Positions 1-13,746 of a stretch of DNA of 64,000 nt are shown here, in pieces. The stretch lies in the NCBI RefSeq assembly GCF_006345805.1, contig NC_042997.1, forward strand, positions 28,582,001-28,646,000. The letters are read 5' to 3'. Position numbers and translations under genes: made by a program. Each line of letters opens with the position of its first letter. The stretch's first letter is position 1. This DNA comes from Octopus sinensis (Eukaryota). The notes under the pieces were generated by a model. The model worked only from the letters and a program-made list of their open reading frames with translations, had not been told where the DNA came from and searched no databases.

Positions 1-35
1 TGTTTTGTGCGTGTGTGTGTGTGTATTTATGAATA

Positions 36-412
36 TACAGGTTGGGCGAAAATAAATTGTCATTAAAAATTGGTTATAACATGTATATTACAAACTTACA
101 AATTTATTGAACCCAATGCTGCATGTTCTTTATTACATGGGGAAAAGAATGTAAAACTTCACATTTCAACGTAAGCACCGGTAGCGTCAGCCAGTTTCCG
201 CAAACGGCCAGGAATGGAATGAAAGACCTTCTGAAGCACGTCGTCATTAAGTACCTAATGAATCTGTACATTATTTACATTTGATTGGTATTTGTCCTCA
301 ACTTGTTTGTTGTTAGCATAACCTTCGGCTGATATACTCTCCTGCCTTCATCAGGTGTCTTGGGGAAATTTCGAATTTGGGTACTCATTCTCATTTTTCG
401 ATGTTGTTGTTG

Positions 413-482
<70 letters not shown>

Positions 483-770
483 CCAGGTCACTGACTGAAA
501 TCGAACTCCTCATAATTCCTCATTTCTTAAATATAGAACTCATGAATCTGTGTCTCCAACTGCTCTGATGTCTTGTACACCTCCTCTTTTGTGTAATCCC
601 ACAGGCAAAAATCACATGGAGTGAGATCTGACCTTCTTGGTGTTCTGGACTTCTGACTTCTGATATAGGAAATGCAATGTGCAATACCATGTCTTGTGCG
701 AGCGGAATATTCTAATGTGAAATACATTAGATCAAGTGCTGAAATAATTCTGTCTACGCAATATTCCAAT
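36..770 (-). mobile_element. Tc1/mariner-superfamily transposon relic (transposase C-terminus), interrupted by an insertion at 268-541
   Basis: Minus strand gives 'PRRSDLTPCDFCLWDYTKEEVYK...ETQIHE' (resembles the SPDLTPCDFFLWG motif). After the insert it continues 'QIH*VLNDDVLQKVFHSIPGRLRKLADATGAYVEM*' (160-267). A TIR-like TACAGG start lies at 36. Confidence 0.7.
268..541 (-). mobile_element. Short non-coding insert with degenerate hammerhead motif and (TTA)n tract, probably a PLE terminus
   Basis: Flanked by direct repeat ATGAATCTGT (258-267 and 542-551). Minus strand reads gacac-CTGATGA-aggc...gcc-GAAG (about 323-359). (TTG/TTA)n at 402-482. Confidence 0.55.
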
Positions 771-1398
771 ACCGAACATTTGGAAGTTTAATTTAAATAA
801 AACTCAATCAGTGAGCTTATTGACAGTGACAGTATTAAGAATATACGTTTCTATTCATAATATAACATCAGCAGTCTCTCTATATATATATAAATTCCTC
901 GATGCCGGAAACCATATGCATATACAATATCGAAAAGTAAATCAAATTACTCATAAGCAATTTATTGCAATATATTCGTATTTCATGAATATGATCAAAC
1001 GTAGAACATTTGGAAATTATTATACATTTCTTTTCAAAAATAAATGTTATTAGCCAGAAAACATTTCATTATAATACAAAAATCTATAAACTGTACCTCA
1101 TGACATATTTCATATTGGATCTACAATTATTGCCTTGATTCGTTTACAGTTCAGAAAATGAAACACACACATCACCGTCTGTACACCAATGAACGAAACT
1201 AATTTTCTCGGCTGATAATTCATATAATATAATGCAATATAGTTATAATATATATGTGTGCGTCTGTGTGTGTGTGTATAAAAACAAAAAAAATATGTAG
1301 CTATTTCTTGTTTACTCACATGAAAATATTATTTACCATGACGTGCCCACTCGGTACTAAATAAGTAATTAGCCTCATCTCCCAAAAAGTCCACAATA

Positions 1399-1697
1399 TC
1401 TTTATATATAAAAGTGAAGTTGTGTGTCTGTCTCCTACGATTTAGATTCCTAACTACTCCCACATTTTGCGGTGCAGTTTAACCAAAACCGGGTATCTTA
1501 TAGTCGTGATTAATATCGAGCCCTTCTGGGTATTAGCGCGCGTCTACGATGAGTCTACGATTTAAAAATAAATTAATCATCATTTTTTCCCATTTTTAAT
1601 GCATTTTTTTGCTATTATATAAGGGAAGTAATTCTCTAAAAATGCTTATATAGTTATTTCCCTTACAAACCCGAGCAACGCCGGTCGATACTGCTAG
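1399..1697 (+). mobile_element. Non-autonomous Helitron, copy 1
   Basis: 5' TC, 3' CTAG, inserted between A and T. Subterminal hairpin CCCGAGCAACGCCGG. Homologous to 11334-11730 and 13230-13746. Confidence 0.85.
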
Positions 1698-1731
1698 TAT
1701 ACAATAAAAAATTCACAATACAAGAAAATTT

Positions 1732-2204
1732 GGATCTTTACCTTTTGACCGGCAGATTTAGAAAATCATATTTTATAACTAAACACTTTCAAACTTCGTA
1801 TATTGGTAGAATGTGTCATATAAAATATCTTTTACACTTAGAGTTTCTGTGAAAAGGTTTGTTTACGAAGTTATTTCATGTTCAAGTTCTCGTATTTCGG
1901 TAATTTCAACCAATCAATGGCGTTTATTCGGCTGAATAAAATTACTGCCGTTGTTTGTCAATAGCAACTATCGGCGGTGTATATTCCGTTTGTCACTGTT
2001 GTCAGCTGAATAAACGTCATTGACTGGCTGAAATTACCGAAATACGAGTAATTTAAAACGAAATAACTTCGTAAACATAATTTTTTCTCAAAAACGCTAC
2101 GAGTAAAAGCTGTTTATATTACTCATTCTACCTGTATACGAAATTTTGAAGTATTTAGTTATAAAAAAATATTTTCTACATCTGCCGGTCAAAAGTAAAG
2201 ATCC
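1732..2204. mobile_element. Foldback MITE with ~200-bp inverted arms and GG termini (Merlin- or Mutator-like)
   Basis: GGATCTTTACCTTTTGACCGGCAGAT at 1732 mirrors ATCTGCCGGTCAAAAGTAAAGATCC ending at 2204. Arms match inward to about 1935/2005. Flanks GAAAATTT and GAAACTTT look like an 8-bp TSD with one mismatch. Confidence 0.8.
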
Positions 2205-3959
2205 GAAACTTTATTTAATATCAGATAATCAGAAGGTCGATTCAAATAAAATAACCAATACTTCTAACCACAGAAATCCTTTATAACACGATATAAAAAA
2301 AAAAGTGGTATACCACAAATATTTAACATAAATATTCTATGAGGTGTGGAGTGAAAACTAAAAGAAAAAAATAATTTATCATAGCGTGGTACACATTTTT
2401 CATTAATCAAGGGGGAAAATATTAATACTGATATTTCCATAAATAATTATTACTCAACTAAACGAAATCTACACTCATGATGTGCAGATTAACGAGCTTA
2501 TATACTCAGAATGAAGTTGTATCTAATATAAGAAAAAGCTCTTAATTTTTCAGTTGCAGTATACATGAGTTCCACGCTAACTGCTGTCGCGTAATTTAAA
2601 CACACAGTAAAAAAAATATACACATATATTAGTGTGATTGGCCGAATAAGAATAAAGCAAACAGATATCTCCCAGAGAATTTGTGAACATAACGTTTTTG
2701 TGTGTGTATACATATATATATATACAGCGAATATAGAAACTTTTGACAAAAGAGCATAATTTAAAATATTTTGTAAAGTAGCATTTAGCTTATACCAAAA
2801 AGAGTATAGATTTCGGCCCATTTTGAATTACATTTCACACACGAAAGAAAAAAATGCAATGTATATATAATAATCTAAATGTTTTTCGCAAACTTTACAA
2901 TAATCAAAATATGTTTTATCTATTTTCCGAATTAATACTTCATCTTTTGTTCAAGATAGTAGCTAGTATCCGTGTCTGTTTACAGAACTTCTATGTATGG
3001 AGAGGGAGGGAGAAAATATCCATAAACTTGAGACCAGGTAAGAATGTTTGCAACAGAAAGAACTCTGTTAAAGACTCATAGATTATTTGAAGTTGATTTT
3101 AAAATAGATGACGTGTTGTGTAGGTTTTCCATACATGTGATGCTACGATTTTAACTTAGAAATTTAAGAGCTGGAGAAAATACCGCTAAATTATATGTCT
3201 GGCATACTTTTAGTGCTGCTTATCCACACAGCCTAAGATTGGTAAAGCTCAGTTTTATTATGTCTAGGCACCCAAACATTAAGTCGGAACACCTTTAATA
3301 AACTTCTATTCGATATGAAATATGTCAGACGAACCGCTAGAATATAAAGTGTCATAAAATAATTCATCCACCGTTAGCGACTATGTCAGGAAATATAAAA
3401 CAAAAGTTATGCGAAATAACTAATTTCATGAATCATTTCTCTAAAAGTAACCTTGTCCATAAACTAATTCGTCTAATACCATTTCATCAGCATCAATCCA
3501 TATATGTTGTGATGATCAAATAGACGATAACCTTACTTTTCGCTGACTTTTTTCATAAAGCATATGATGTATAGTATATTCTTAGAAATGAAGTTGGGCA
3601 CACATATGATAGAATAGAGCAATAATTAATAGCAAATGATTTCCTTCACTCGGTTAACTATATTAACACGCGTATCGTGATTATTGTTGTAATTGAAGAC
3701 AGCGTTTATAAACGATAAAATACAATTGTGTAATCGACAAGTACACAGTCATTAAAACTGATACCTGAAGGTACGAGGTCTATACCTATAGGAAAATACA
3801 CTGGCTCTGAGACATGACACATGCAAATTAGTTATCTTATAGTTACAATGGTAGATACTCAAGCATTTGCGTGGTTTACTATTTGAACCCTTCAGATATT
3901 TCCAATGGAATTAGCGATCCGGATGAAAATGGGATGATGTACAACAGTCGTCTTGGTTT

Positions 3960-4530
3960 AAACAGCTAACAAGGTCGTTGCCATAAGCAAAACAAGTTTA
4001 TGAGTGGTTTCCACGCATTAGGAATGGTCACTTGTGGCTTAAAGACCAACCCCGTTGAGGACGAACATTGATCTCCCGAAGGAATGAAAACATCATGATA
4101 AATCATTGACGAACCGTTGATATGACTGGTGTGTCCTGGAGCGCTTGCCAACGAATTTTGATCAAGGTGCAGCAAATTTTGTGCCTCGCTTGCTCACTTA
4201 AGATCAAAAGCAGTCATCGCTAAAGTGTGTCATGAACTGAAAGACCAGTTGGAAGTTAATCCGGACCTTTTTTCCAAGGTTATCAGAGGTGACGAAAACT
4301 AGTGCTATGGAATTTGCAGATGGGGAAGATGTGGAGAAAAAAAAAAAACAGGGAAGCGTTAAAATACATAACTTCTCTAGCGTTCCAGCACTGTTTCGAT
4401 CAGTGAAAGACGTGCCTGGACCGGTGTGTTGATTCAAATAGAGAATAGTTTAAAGGCGATAAAAGTATAAACATGTAAACATATGTGAATAAAATAATAT
4501 TGCAAAATTCCGGTTTCTTTTGGGTACCCC
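3960..4530 (+). mobile_element. Internally deleted mariner transposon relic
   Basis: Translates to WFPRIRNGHLWLKDQPR (HTH region), then 'FVPRLLT*DQK' and 'LFSKVIRGDEN*CYG' (resembles WVPRxL and ITGDETW). A TIR-like end lies near 4530. Confidence 0.7.
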
Positions 4531-5260
4531 AAAGGACTTGATCGCACAGGGCGTTAGGTTTTCGATCAATTCCAAGTAGATAATTCAAAGAATGCAAAAT
4601 GCAAATGACGAGTTTAAATGACGATTATTATAAGAAATTGTCCCTTTATGTAACAACATCGATGTAGAGCTAAGTGGCATTTTGCCAGCTTTGTAATGGA
4701 TATGTGTACGACAAATATAGTTCGGTTTCGAAATTACCACGATTATTTCTATAATAATCGGTGCAGAAAAAGGCTATAAGAATTGAATGATTTCAAAATT
4801 TGAAGGATGGCATGTGAAATAACAAATGTAACAAAATCTGTATTTGAAAGCGTATTTGAAAGGGATTGGAAATTATTTAAGTTAGAATAGATATCAATGC
4901 GTCAGTGCAGGGAAAAAGCAAAAAAAAAATAAATGGTATTTTATAAAGCAAGGCATTTTAAAGAATATTATGTAATCTCCTTCTGCGTAAACGAATAAGT
5001 TATAATAAAATACATCTTTTTAATTCCAAGCTTATATATTTTCACAAAAGAGATAATGCATTTATAACTATTAATAGGCATATATCTAAAAACTTAACAT
5101 GTCATTGAATACTTCTTCTACATATCGATGCCATACAATATAATTTACTTTATTTCTTTTGTGTGTATATATATGTGTGTGCGTGTATGTCTTTCGATAT
5201 GTTTGTATTCATTTTATATACATAAATATGTATAGATGCACACAAGCACACACGCACGCA

Positions 5261-5301
<41 letters not shown>

Positions 5302-6936
5302 ATATATAGGTTATATGGTGTATATTATATAGGTTTATAGAAAGTTTATTAACATATACACTTACCAAACACAGATATGTTGATATTTTATAAAGCATAA
5401 GAATGTATTGAAAGTGAAAATATTAAAAAAAGGGTTTCAATATGATTTATAATTGCACAATGAAAATAGTAAAAGTGAAACTAGTAACAATTGAGCATAT
5501 GTTAATATACGTAGTATGAATGAATACTACTCACGTATCAGAATAAAATTTTTATGTATACCAATGCTATACCTAAATCATTCATAGTTACTCAAGTGAG
5601 TGGAAAAAATATATAATTTTATAATTGAAATTTTTTTTACATCATACAGTCCATACATATTCAAGTGTGTAAAAAATCATGAAATGTATAAATTTACTGT
5701 GAGAAATAAGTATTTTCATCGACATTACTAAATTCTTTCTGTCCTTGAAGAATGTCTTCTTATGAAATGAAATAAATTTGCGACTAATCTCCAAGTATCT
5801 CCTTAGTCATCGTTAGCGCTTTCTTTGTTCTCACGTCAAAATTTCTATAATTATCTTCAGACAGTGTAATTTCTTCCCGCCTTCCGTCTTCTACTTGTCA
5901 CTCTAGTTAACTTTCTTTTACACATCTTTTTACCATTGTCGTTTGACGTGCGGCCGGCAGGATAGAGTTTACAGTCGATAAATATTAGTGATATATGCGC
6001 TCATGTGCCAGTACTTGTCTAGCCTTTAGCTAGGTGGATTCTGGATATTCCAATTGGTGTTAGAGTACTTGTAATATGATGGCTTAATTAATGGAAGTGT
6101 CTGTGTGGTTGTCATCGCCTAATTTTACTGTAGATTGGATGAGCTCTGATTATTTTAATGTCACTGCTTCGAGTGTGATGATGATAACCCAATTGTGGCA
6201 ATTTCTGATGAGTTTGAATCACAGATGCAGTCACGGTGTGGGTGAAGAATCTATTGCTTTTCTTCAACCAGTACAAATATACCTACAAGCATACATACAT
6301 ATAACCACACACATAAACATACACACATACTATCAACGTCACATTTATTAATGTATGATCGTCGTAAAAAAATTATGCTGTAGAATTTCGTTCACAAATC
6401 GCCCCGCAAATGGATGAGAATGAGTTTTCAATATTTCGGAACTATTCTCCTCAAACGGTGTTGTTGTCTTTCGTTTCTCAGGCATTTCTATTCACCTTAT
6501 TTTGAGGTATACAGTGATTTTCCGCATTCTGGTTCGGTAAGGTGATTTACACAGCATGAAATACCGCAGTCTAAAAGCCTTTATCAACCCAAACATATAT
6601 GTTAAGCACGTTAGCTTAATAATACATAAATTATAGGCTTGTCTCTTAGACAAAAGTTGACTTTTATTTTTACTTGTACCACGCCTTTTCACATCACTGG
6701 GTAGATTTTACGCTAACCGTATATAACTTAGACATCCGATTCGAATTCATATAATAGGTGGACCAAAGATAGGGCACCAATAAACAGAAATAATACCGAT
6801 TTCAGTTGTTTTCGTTCACTTCAAATGTGATTCATTCCGCCTAGCTTTGAATTATACATCGTTCTTTCAAATTTCTAGGTCCTTAAATAGACCCTTCTTA
6901 GACGAAACATAGCGACGTATAGGCGTTAAACAACAC

Positions 6937-7305
6937 TTACACATTAAGTGTATGAGAGCGTTTGTATATAGGAAACTGATAGTGCTTCTTCGTTGGTGGT
7001 TTTAGTACATGCTCTAGCATGTCCAGATCGTCTCTAATGAAACTTTTAAGACTTCTGAGGAAATGTTTCAATAGTATGTCAAGAAAATTGCTTAGACGGT
7101 GTGTTTCACTGGTTGGGTCCAGTATAATCGGCCTTAATTTTAAGTATTCTGGTGTTGAGATATTTGTATATAAACCTGGATTTGATTTATAGGTATTGGA
7201 AATTATTTGAGTCTTGTGGGTTTTGGGGAGGCCACAGAAAAAGTCTTGGTTTACATTTAAAGGTTGTGATATAGTCTTTTTCTTTTTCTGTGAGGCTTTT
7301 TCCAT
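6937..7305 (-). pseudogene. Penelope-like element reverse transcriptase fragment (inverted relative to the endonuclease part)
   Basis: ORF contains FCGLPKTHK...LRPII...LSNFLDILLK...SFIRD, matching PLE RT N-terminal motifs (FYGLPKIHK, LRPIV, SYIKD). Confidence 0.8.
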
Positions 7306-7319
7306 GTTTGAGCATTAAA

Positions 7320-8564
7320 GAACGTGCCCTATAATTCAACATCCACGAACTGAAACACCCCAGACTAACGAAGAATTTACAACCAACAGCGCTTCCTTAC
7401 ATATCCACGTATACACCATTAACATTGAGGTCTTCAGCACTATCTTCCAGAACATCTCTTTACTTAAAAGGGACCAAAGAATGGATCAAATCATCCAAAC
7501 CATCATCAACAGCAAAAGACAACCCTAGTCTTCTAACACAGGCCCAAGTATACTCATCAACAACATCGAAAGCGTCAATAACAAATGCAAAAGACATAAC
7601 TGTGGTATATGTGTTAACTTAATTGAAAGTTTGGAATTTGCCTTCATACAGGGTCAATGTTTTACAATCAAAAACAATTTTTCATGTGCTCCGGAAAACC
7701 TAATATATGTATTAACTTGCTCAGGGTGTCGAGAACAATATATTGCTCAAACTAAAAGCAGTCTATGCCATAGGATGACGGTGGATAGATTCCAGATTAA
7801 AATACGTGTATACAGAAAAGCAGGATTATACGAACACGTCGATATTTGCACCACTAACAAATAACCCAACTTTAGAATTCTTCCCCTGTATAAATTCAGG
7901 AAAAATGTGAACTCTAAACAACGCATAAGCAAAGAAGCATATTTTATCGCAGATTATAAACCTAATTTGAATGCCGCCACCACCACAGATGAAACTCCTA
8001 CAATAATTTAGAGCAATCCAACCACTACTGCTACGACCACAACAGGTCACAATTAGAGTCATTTGACCATTAAAGAAGATTCCACGAACAATTTACTGTC
8101 ACAGCACTCCTGTATTCTCTTCATTTCTTTTCTTTCTCCTTCATCTTTCCCTACTCCTATTTCTCTTCCTCCGTCATCTCCTCCTTCTTCCCCTCCGCCT
8201 ACTCCTCCTTTTTTCCTTCATCTTCCTTTTCCGCTTCTTCTTCTCCTCCCTCAGTGGTCCCTGCTTAAACCATCAACTCTCTGTACCCAAACAATTCATT
8301 CAGATTTACTACTACTCACATACGAGACGTTCACAAAGGAGAGAGAGAGAGAGAGAAAGAAAGATAGAGAGAGAAAGAGAGAGAGAGAGAGTATCTGAAG
8401 ACTCTGGAAATGTTTAACGATTTAAAGACTATGGAAATATCTATTTGTCGAATTTAATTGCTTTTCATATTTTACCCTTAGTTGAAAAAGTCTAAAAAGC
8501 GGAAACCGGTAGTAAAATGTACTTCATGATAAATTCTTTTCAGCATTTTCTATCTTGCCTTTTT

Positions 8565-8570
<6 letters not shown>
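7320..8570 (+). mobile_element. Penelope-like element 3' part: Cys motif, GIY-YIG endonuclease and pLTR-like tail
   Basis: NKCKRHNCGIC (about 7580-7612), then 'FSCAPENLIYVLTCSGCREQYIAQT...RM' (GIY-YIG, Neptune-like arrangement). The tail has a hammerhead remnant at 8469-8518 and ends in (TA)n. Confidence 0.8.
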
Positions 8571-8608
<38 letters not shown>

Positions 8609-8658
8609 CAACTCGTGTGCTAAATTGAAACTTCTAAATACACACACAGTGGCACACA

Positions 8659-8761
<103 letters not shown>

Positions 8762-9979
8762 ATTTATATAATTTTGTACATATGTATGTGTACGTGTATG
8801 TACAGATGTGTATATATATTTATGTATGTTGCTAAACGTGTCACTGAAAATTGCTTGCTCTACATTCTACCACCTGCCAGCATTGTATTTCAAAGATTCA
8901 CAATCATTCAAGCGCATTTTACAGTAATTCTTCATCTTACCAAACGGCGTCAATGTTTCCTACTAAATTACATGGAAGAAACTATTGAATGTATGAGTTA
9001 TTCTGTTACACACTTGAGTAATAGGTAATATATTACGTAGCATAGTTTTGCTAATAAAAACAGTATTGCGTGATTAGGGAAATATAAGAAAGGTCCCCTC
9101 GAGGAAAAATATATTTTCAATGAGAAAAGAATATTGTATCGGAATAAATATCCATGAGCGAAATATTTCAAACGCAGCCATACAAAAACAGTTACCAATG
9201 TGTAGAGAGGAACACACACAAATCTGAGATACCATAGTAAGGATTATTGCATACTTACATATAGAATTTACATTTGGAAAGTGATAGTCAAATGCAATAC
9301 GCATCAAAAACCTATCTCTACAATTTTTCAGTTACAATTTCCCGAAATGAAAAACAAAAGATTAAACAAAATATGGATTGCATTTAAAACAAACTTCTCA
9401 AGATATCATATAGATTTAGCATAATTATCTTGACCATTACATACTAAGAGTCTTGTGTAAGTAATTTTTTCTCCTGGGGAACTGCAAATATATTTAAACA
9501 GAAACAGCTAACAACATATGTACGCGAACAAAGAAGCTTTCGGTCGGAGTGGGGCACGATGTGTCAGTTTTGCCACACGTTCAAATGAATAAAAAATGAA
9601 AAACAAAATATAACAATTAACTTGCATTAAAATTCTTATAACCCGATGGGTTAGGAGGCAAATTTGTATGCCCGTTGTATATATACATAATCAAATTTCA
9701 ACTACTATCAAAATCTGTAATTTTAATATTTGGTTTGCCACACTGCGTAATCTGCAGTTAGAGGGAGTCGAAGAGACATGTTTGAATAAAATTACGAGAA
9801 ATTGTGGGCGAAGGTTAAAAACAATCAATAAATAAACATATGGAAGGCACACAAATCTAAGTAGACTCAATGTTCATCAACATAAAAATCACAGCCATGT
9901 TTACAGAACAAAAAGTAACTTGAATTTTAAATAAATTACTATGTATCCGCCATCTCGCAAACCAAGTCTGGGTAAGGGC

Positions 9980-10330
9980 TTACACATCTGTTCCCCTTAG
10001 AAGCATAAACATCACAAAAGTCACACAGCAGCCAAACTTCTTTCTTTCTTTCTTAGTGTCGGTTCCAGAATCGCTAAAACATGGAACACTCAGCGTCCGC
10101 TTCCTCCGAACCATCTACATTACCATGGTCACTACCACTATTACCACACTCTCAATTGCCTGTTTTCTGCCATGTTGGACTAAAAGCATCTTCTTCTATG
10201 TAACACATTACAATAACAAGCTGTGCGATTTATTTTTACTTTACTTTTACTATTGGAATAAAGATGCAATCGTTTTACTGTACATTGTTTCAATGCAAGC
10301 ATCAATAATTACATGAAACATTGCTCTTAA
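9980..10330 (+). mobile_element. Highly decayed CR1-like LINE 3' end
   Basis: 'SRIAKTWNT' resembles the CR1 C-terminal RVxxxWNxLP motif. Short and degenerate. Confidence 0.3.
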
Positions 10331-11333
10331 AATACTTTCAGACACTGACACATATTTCTATATGGTAGACATATTTAATTCTACTTTTCTCCTATTTGTT
10401 GACACTTATGTGCTTATATATTAATTGGCCCATTAAACTCTACCCACAAACCAACAAACGAATCATTACGCCCCACTTTGAAATTTCCTTAAATTTCAGA
10501 ATTTCCAAGGATATTTCATTTCTCTAACATAACAGAAGAAAAGAAGTAACTATGCATATATCTCTAGTACAAAAATAAACCCATCAAATTTTCAGCTCTT
10601 CTGCCAGCACCGTGAGGTTTGTTTAATGATAACAAATTGTTTGGTCTAGTGACTAAGGTTTATTATCCAGAATGAGGAACTTCAAAAGAATCTACCATCA
10701 AGAATAAAACTTTTATACTAACAGGAAGGAGGATGCAATTCATAATGGTTGTTATATCATACTTCCTGGTTTGGAGTTGTGAGAAAATGAAGAAGATCTG
10801 ACAAGTGACACATTATGTCACACTGACCCCACATGACTCATTGACCATTATATTCCAATTCCCGTATATTTAAAGGCAACTTGCAATTACTAATGCAAGC
10901 TAAAATTCAATGAATGCATTGTGAGTAACCTCAAACGAAAGTTTATAAAAACGACAAAATCATCAGAGTATTCAATACGGGGAAACATACTCTGATAATC
11001 TATAATTTAAGCCTGTACCTTAACAGACTAGCGAAAAAAAAAGAAAGCATCCAAACATTCGCTAGAAATGCAACACATACTACTAGCATTCTGACATGAG
11101 ACTAAAAATAAATGAAACAATAAAAATATTTGCACATTTTGAAATATACAGATCCACATTTGGTACTGAAATACGAATGGGGTTACTAGAATCTAGTATT
11201 ATAAGCAGAAGCAACAGCAAGAAATTAAGGAAGTAATTCAGGAAATGGGCATTCAAAATTGCTTTGTATCCCATTTTTGAGATGGGAAATCCACGTTAAA
11301 CGTTACATCTTAATTTTAATGCATAATTTGATA

Positions 11334-11730
11334 TCTTTATATATAAAAGAGAGGTTGTGTGTCTGCCCCCTACGATTTAGATTCCTAACTACTTACACAT
11401 TTTGCGGTGCAGTTTAACCAAAACCGGGAATCTTATAGTCGTGATTCATATCGAGCCCTTTTGGGTATTAGCGCGCGTCTACGATGAGTCTACGATTTAA
11501 AAACAAATTACCATCACTTTTTTCCATTTTAATGCATTTTGTTCGCTCTTATATAAGGGAAGTAACTCTCTAAAAATGTCTACGATGAGTCAACGATTTA
11601 AAAAAAAATTACCATCATTTTTTTTCCATTTTTAAAGCATTTTTTGGCTATTTTTTGGCTATAACTCTCTAAAAATGCTTATATAGTTATTTCCCTTACA
11701 AACCCGAGCAACACCGGGCGATACTGCTAG
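11334..11730 (+). mobile_element. Non-autonomous Helitron, copy 2 (internal tandem duplication)
   Basis: A|TC...CCCGAGCAACACCGGG...CTAG|T. The unit starting GTCTACGATGAGTC is duplicated. Confidence 0.85.
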
Positions 11731-13229
11731 TAAGTAATAAAAACGTATACAGACTGAAATGTACCTCACGATTATTTATATGTTCGCAGACGATAAAATA
11801 AAGTGGAACGCGATTAACAATAGGGTAACAATTGAAAGAGAAATGTGATGAGTTGGTAGTTGAGGATCAACAACTAACTGTGTCTCAAATTTATATATTG
11901 CTATAGTCACATACTAAATGCAAAATATCAAGATAAAACAATGCATATGCGTATGGTTTCACGATGTTTTTGGCTTCCGTATGTTGTCTGTATCAATATG
12001 TTTCAGAGTACTCATTACCTTTACTACCTGGAAGAAATTAAATTAAATTAGAACCCCTCGAACAGAAAAAAAAACTAAATGAGGGACCCATGATATGTAG
12101 TAGAAAATTAAATTCGTACATATTAGTGAAGCGACCGAATATATGTTAAAATGCAAAAGATTGTAGGTTAAATACAAAATTCGTGTTAATGGTCAGGACA
12201 CTGTAATATTGAGGATAAAGCAATAATAACTTACCAAGGAAGCCTATATTATAAGAAATCCAGAGGAATGATTCAAGCTAGTGCCTATAGGCATGGCTTT
12301 AAAACGACTTAACATTAATAGCGTAATATCTTCTCTTCAATGGCTTAGTATCACGTTCAGATATAACCAGTCTTTAATTCGTCTTTCTTTCCTTCTTCAA
12401 CAAGCTCAAATTTACGATAAGGGGGAAAAACATCTGAAACATTTTGAAATAGAAAGGAAAAAATAAATAAATAAATAAATAAATAAACCAATAATTATTG
12501 ATCTAAATTGAAAATTCAGCCGCATATTTTAAAATATTTGAAAATCATTATCATACATATAAAATTCACTTGTTTATTTGGCAAAATTTTAAATGTGGCT
12601 GATACATTTAATTCAGCTCATCTACGCCAGTTTGTTTCAATTTTGAAACAAACATGTTTAAACAATTCATAATATAGCATATGTAATCAGCTTGAAGGCA
12701 TATATGTGAATGGTAAAGTACTACATTTTCAACATTTTATTCGGAACATGTTGTGTAATCAATGTGTTTGTCATTTCTATTATTGCATCACAAGAGTTAA
12801 TAATCTATGTGCTGCTCTGATGTAACTGAGCTTAAAATATTTAAGCTACAATAGAAGAGTTCAGAAATCAATTTATTATTAAGAAATTCGAAAATGCATT
12901 TACATATATTTACGTATTTTATTATGTGTAAGGAATTAAATAATATTAAAACAGCGTTAGTTTTGGAGCAATATATTTTTAGAAAGTGACATAACCTGAA
13001 AGCAATGTTTGAAAATAAGGCAATTACACAGTGAAAGAGACTCTGTAGTCAAGTTTTATTAACTGGTTGACGTAGTTATTAAAATATCACCTGCATACAG
13101 TTCACCACACAATCTCAGTTTAAGTTATTTAGTAGATAATTACATCACCGAAATTGCTACAAATTTCTCACGCTTCTCTTTAAAATTAAATCTGATGCAG
13201 CATAATAAATCAAACGAATTTATATCTAA

Positions 13230-13746
13230 CTAGCAGTATCGCCCGGCGTTGCTCGGGTTTGTAAGGGAAATAACTATATACGCATTTTTAGAGAGTTACT
13301 TCCCTTATAGATGCCAATTCGGGCTTTCTTAGCCGTTTCTGTTTTGGTGTCTTCAAACCATGAAGTCGTTGTTCTAAAAGAACGCTGGTCTCCTTGACAA
13401 CGCATTACGACGTTGATTTCCTTAAACTCCCTTCCCCACAGCTTCACGAGGGAGGGAAGAAGGGGGAGAAGCAAACACAGGTGCAGGTGTTTGAGCGTGG
13501 ACGCCAACTCCGTCGCCATCGACACACGAAAAATTATGCATTAAAATGGAATAAAAAATGATGTTAAATTATTTTTTAAATTGTAGACTCATCGTAGACG
13601 CGCGCTAATACTCAGACGGGCTCGATATTAATCACGGCTATAAGATACCCGAATTTGGTTAAACTGCTCCGCAAAATGTGGGAGGAGTTAGGAATCTAAA
13701 TCGAAGGGGACAGACACTCACACAACTACAGTTTTATATATATAGA
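13230..13746 (-). mobile_element. Non-autonomous Helitron, copy 3, with extra GC-rich internal segment
   Basis: Reverse complement has the same TC...hairpin...CTAG ends. Segment at about 13310-13530 is absent from the other two copies. Confidence 0.85.

Noticed and set aside
377-568. Poly-Leu, poly-IY and poly-CV ORFs here and throughout the window
   Set aside because: They are translations of microsatellites, not genes.
5790-5970. Possible RTE 3' fragment on the minus strand
   Set aside because: Similarity is too weak to support by eye.
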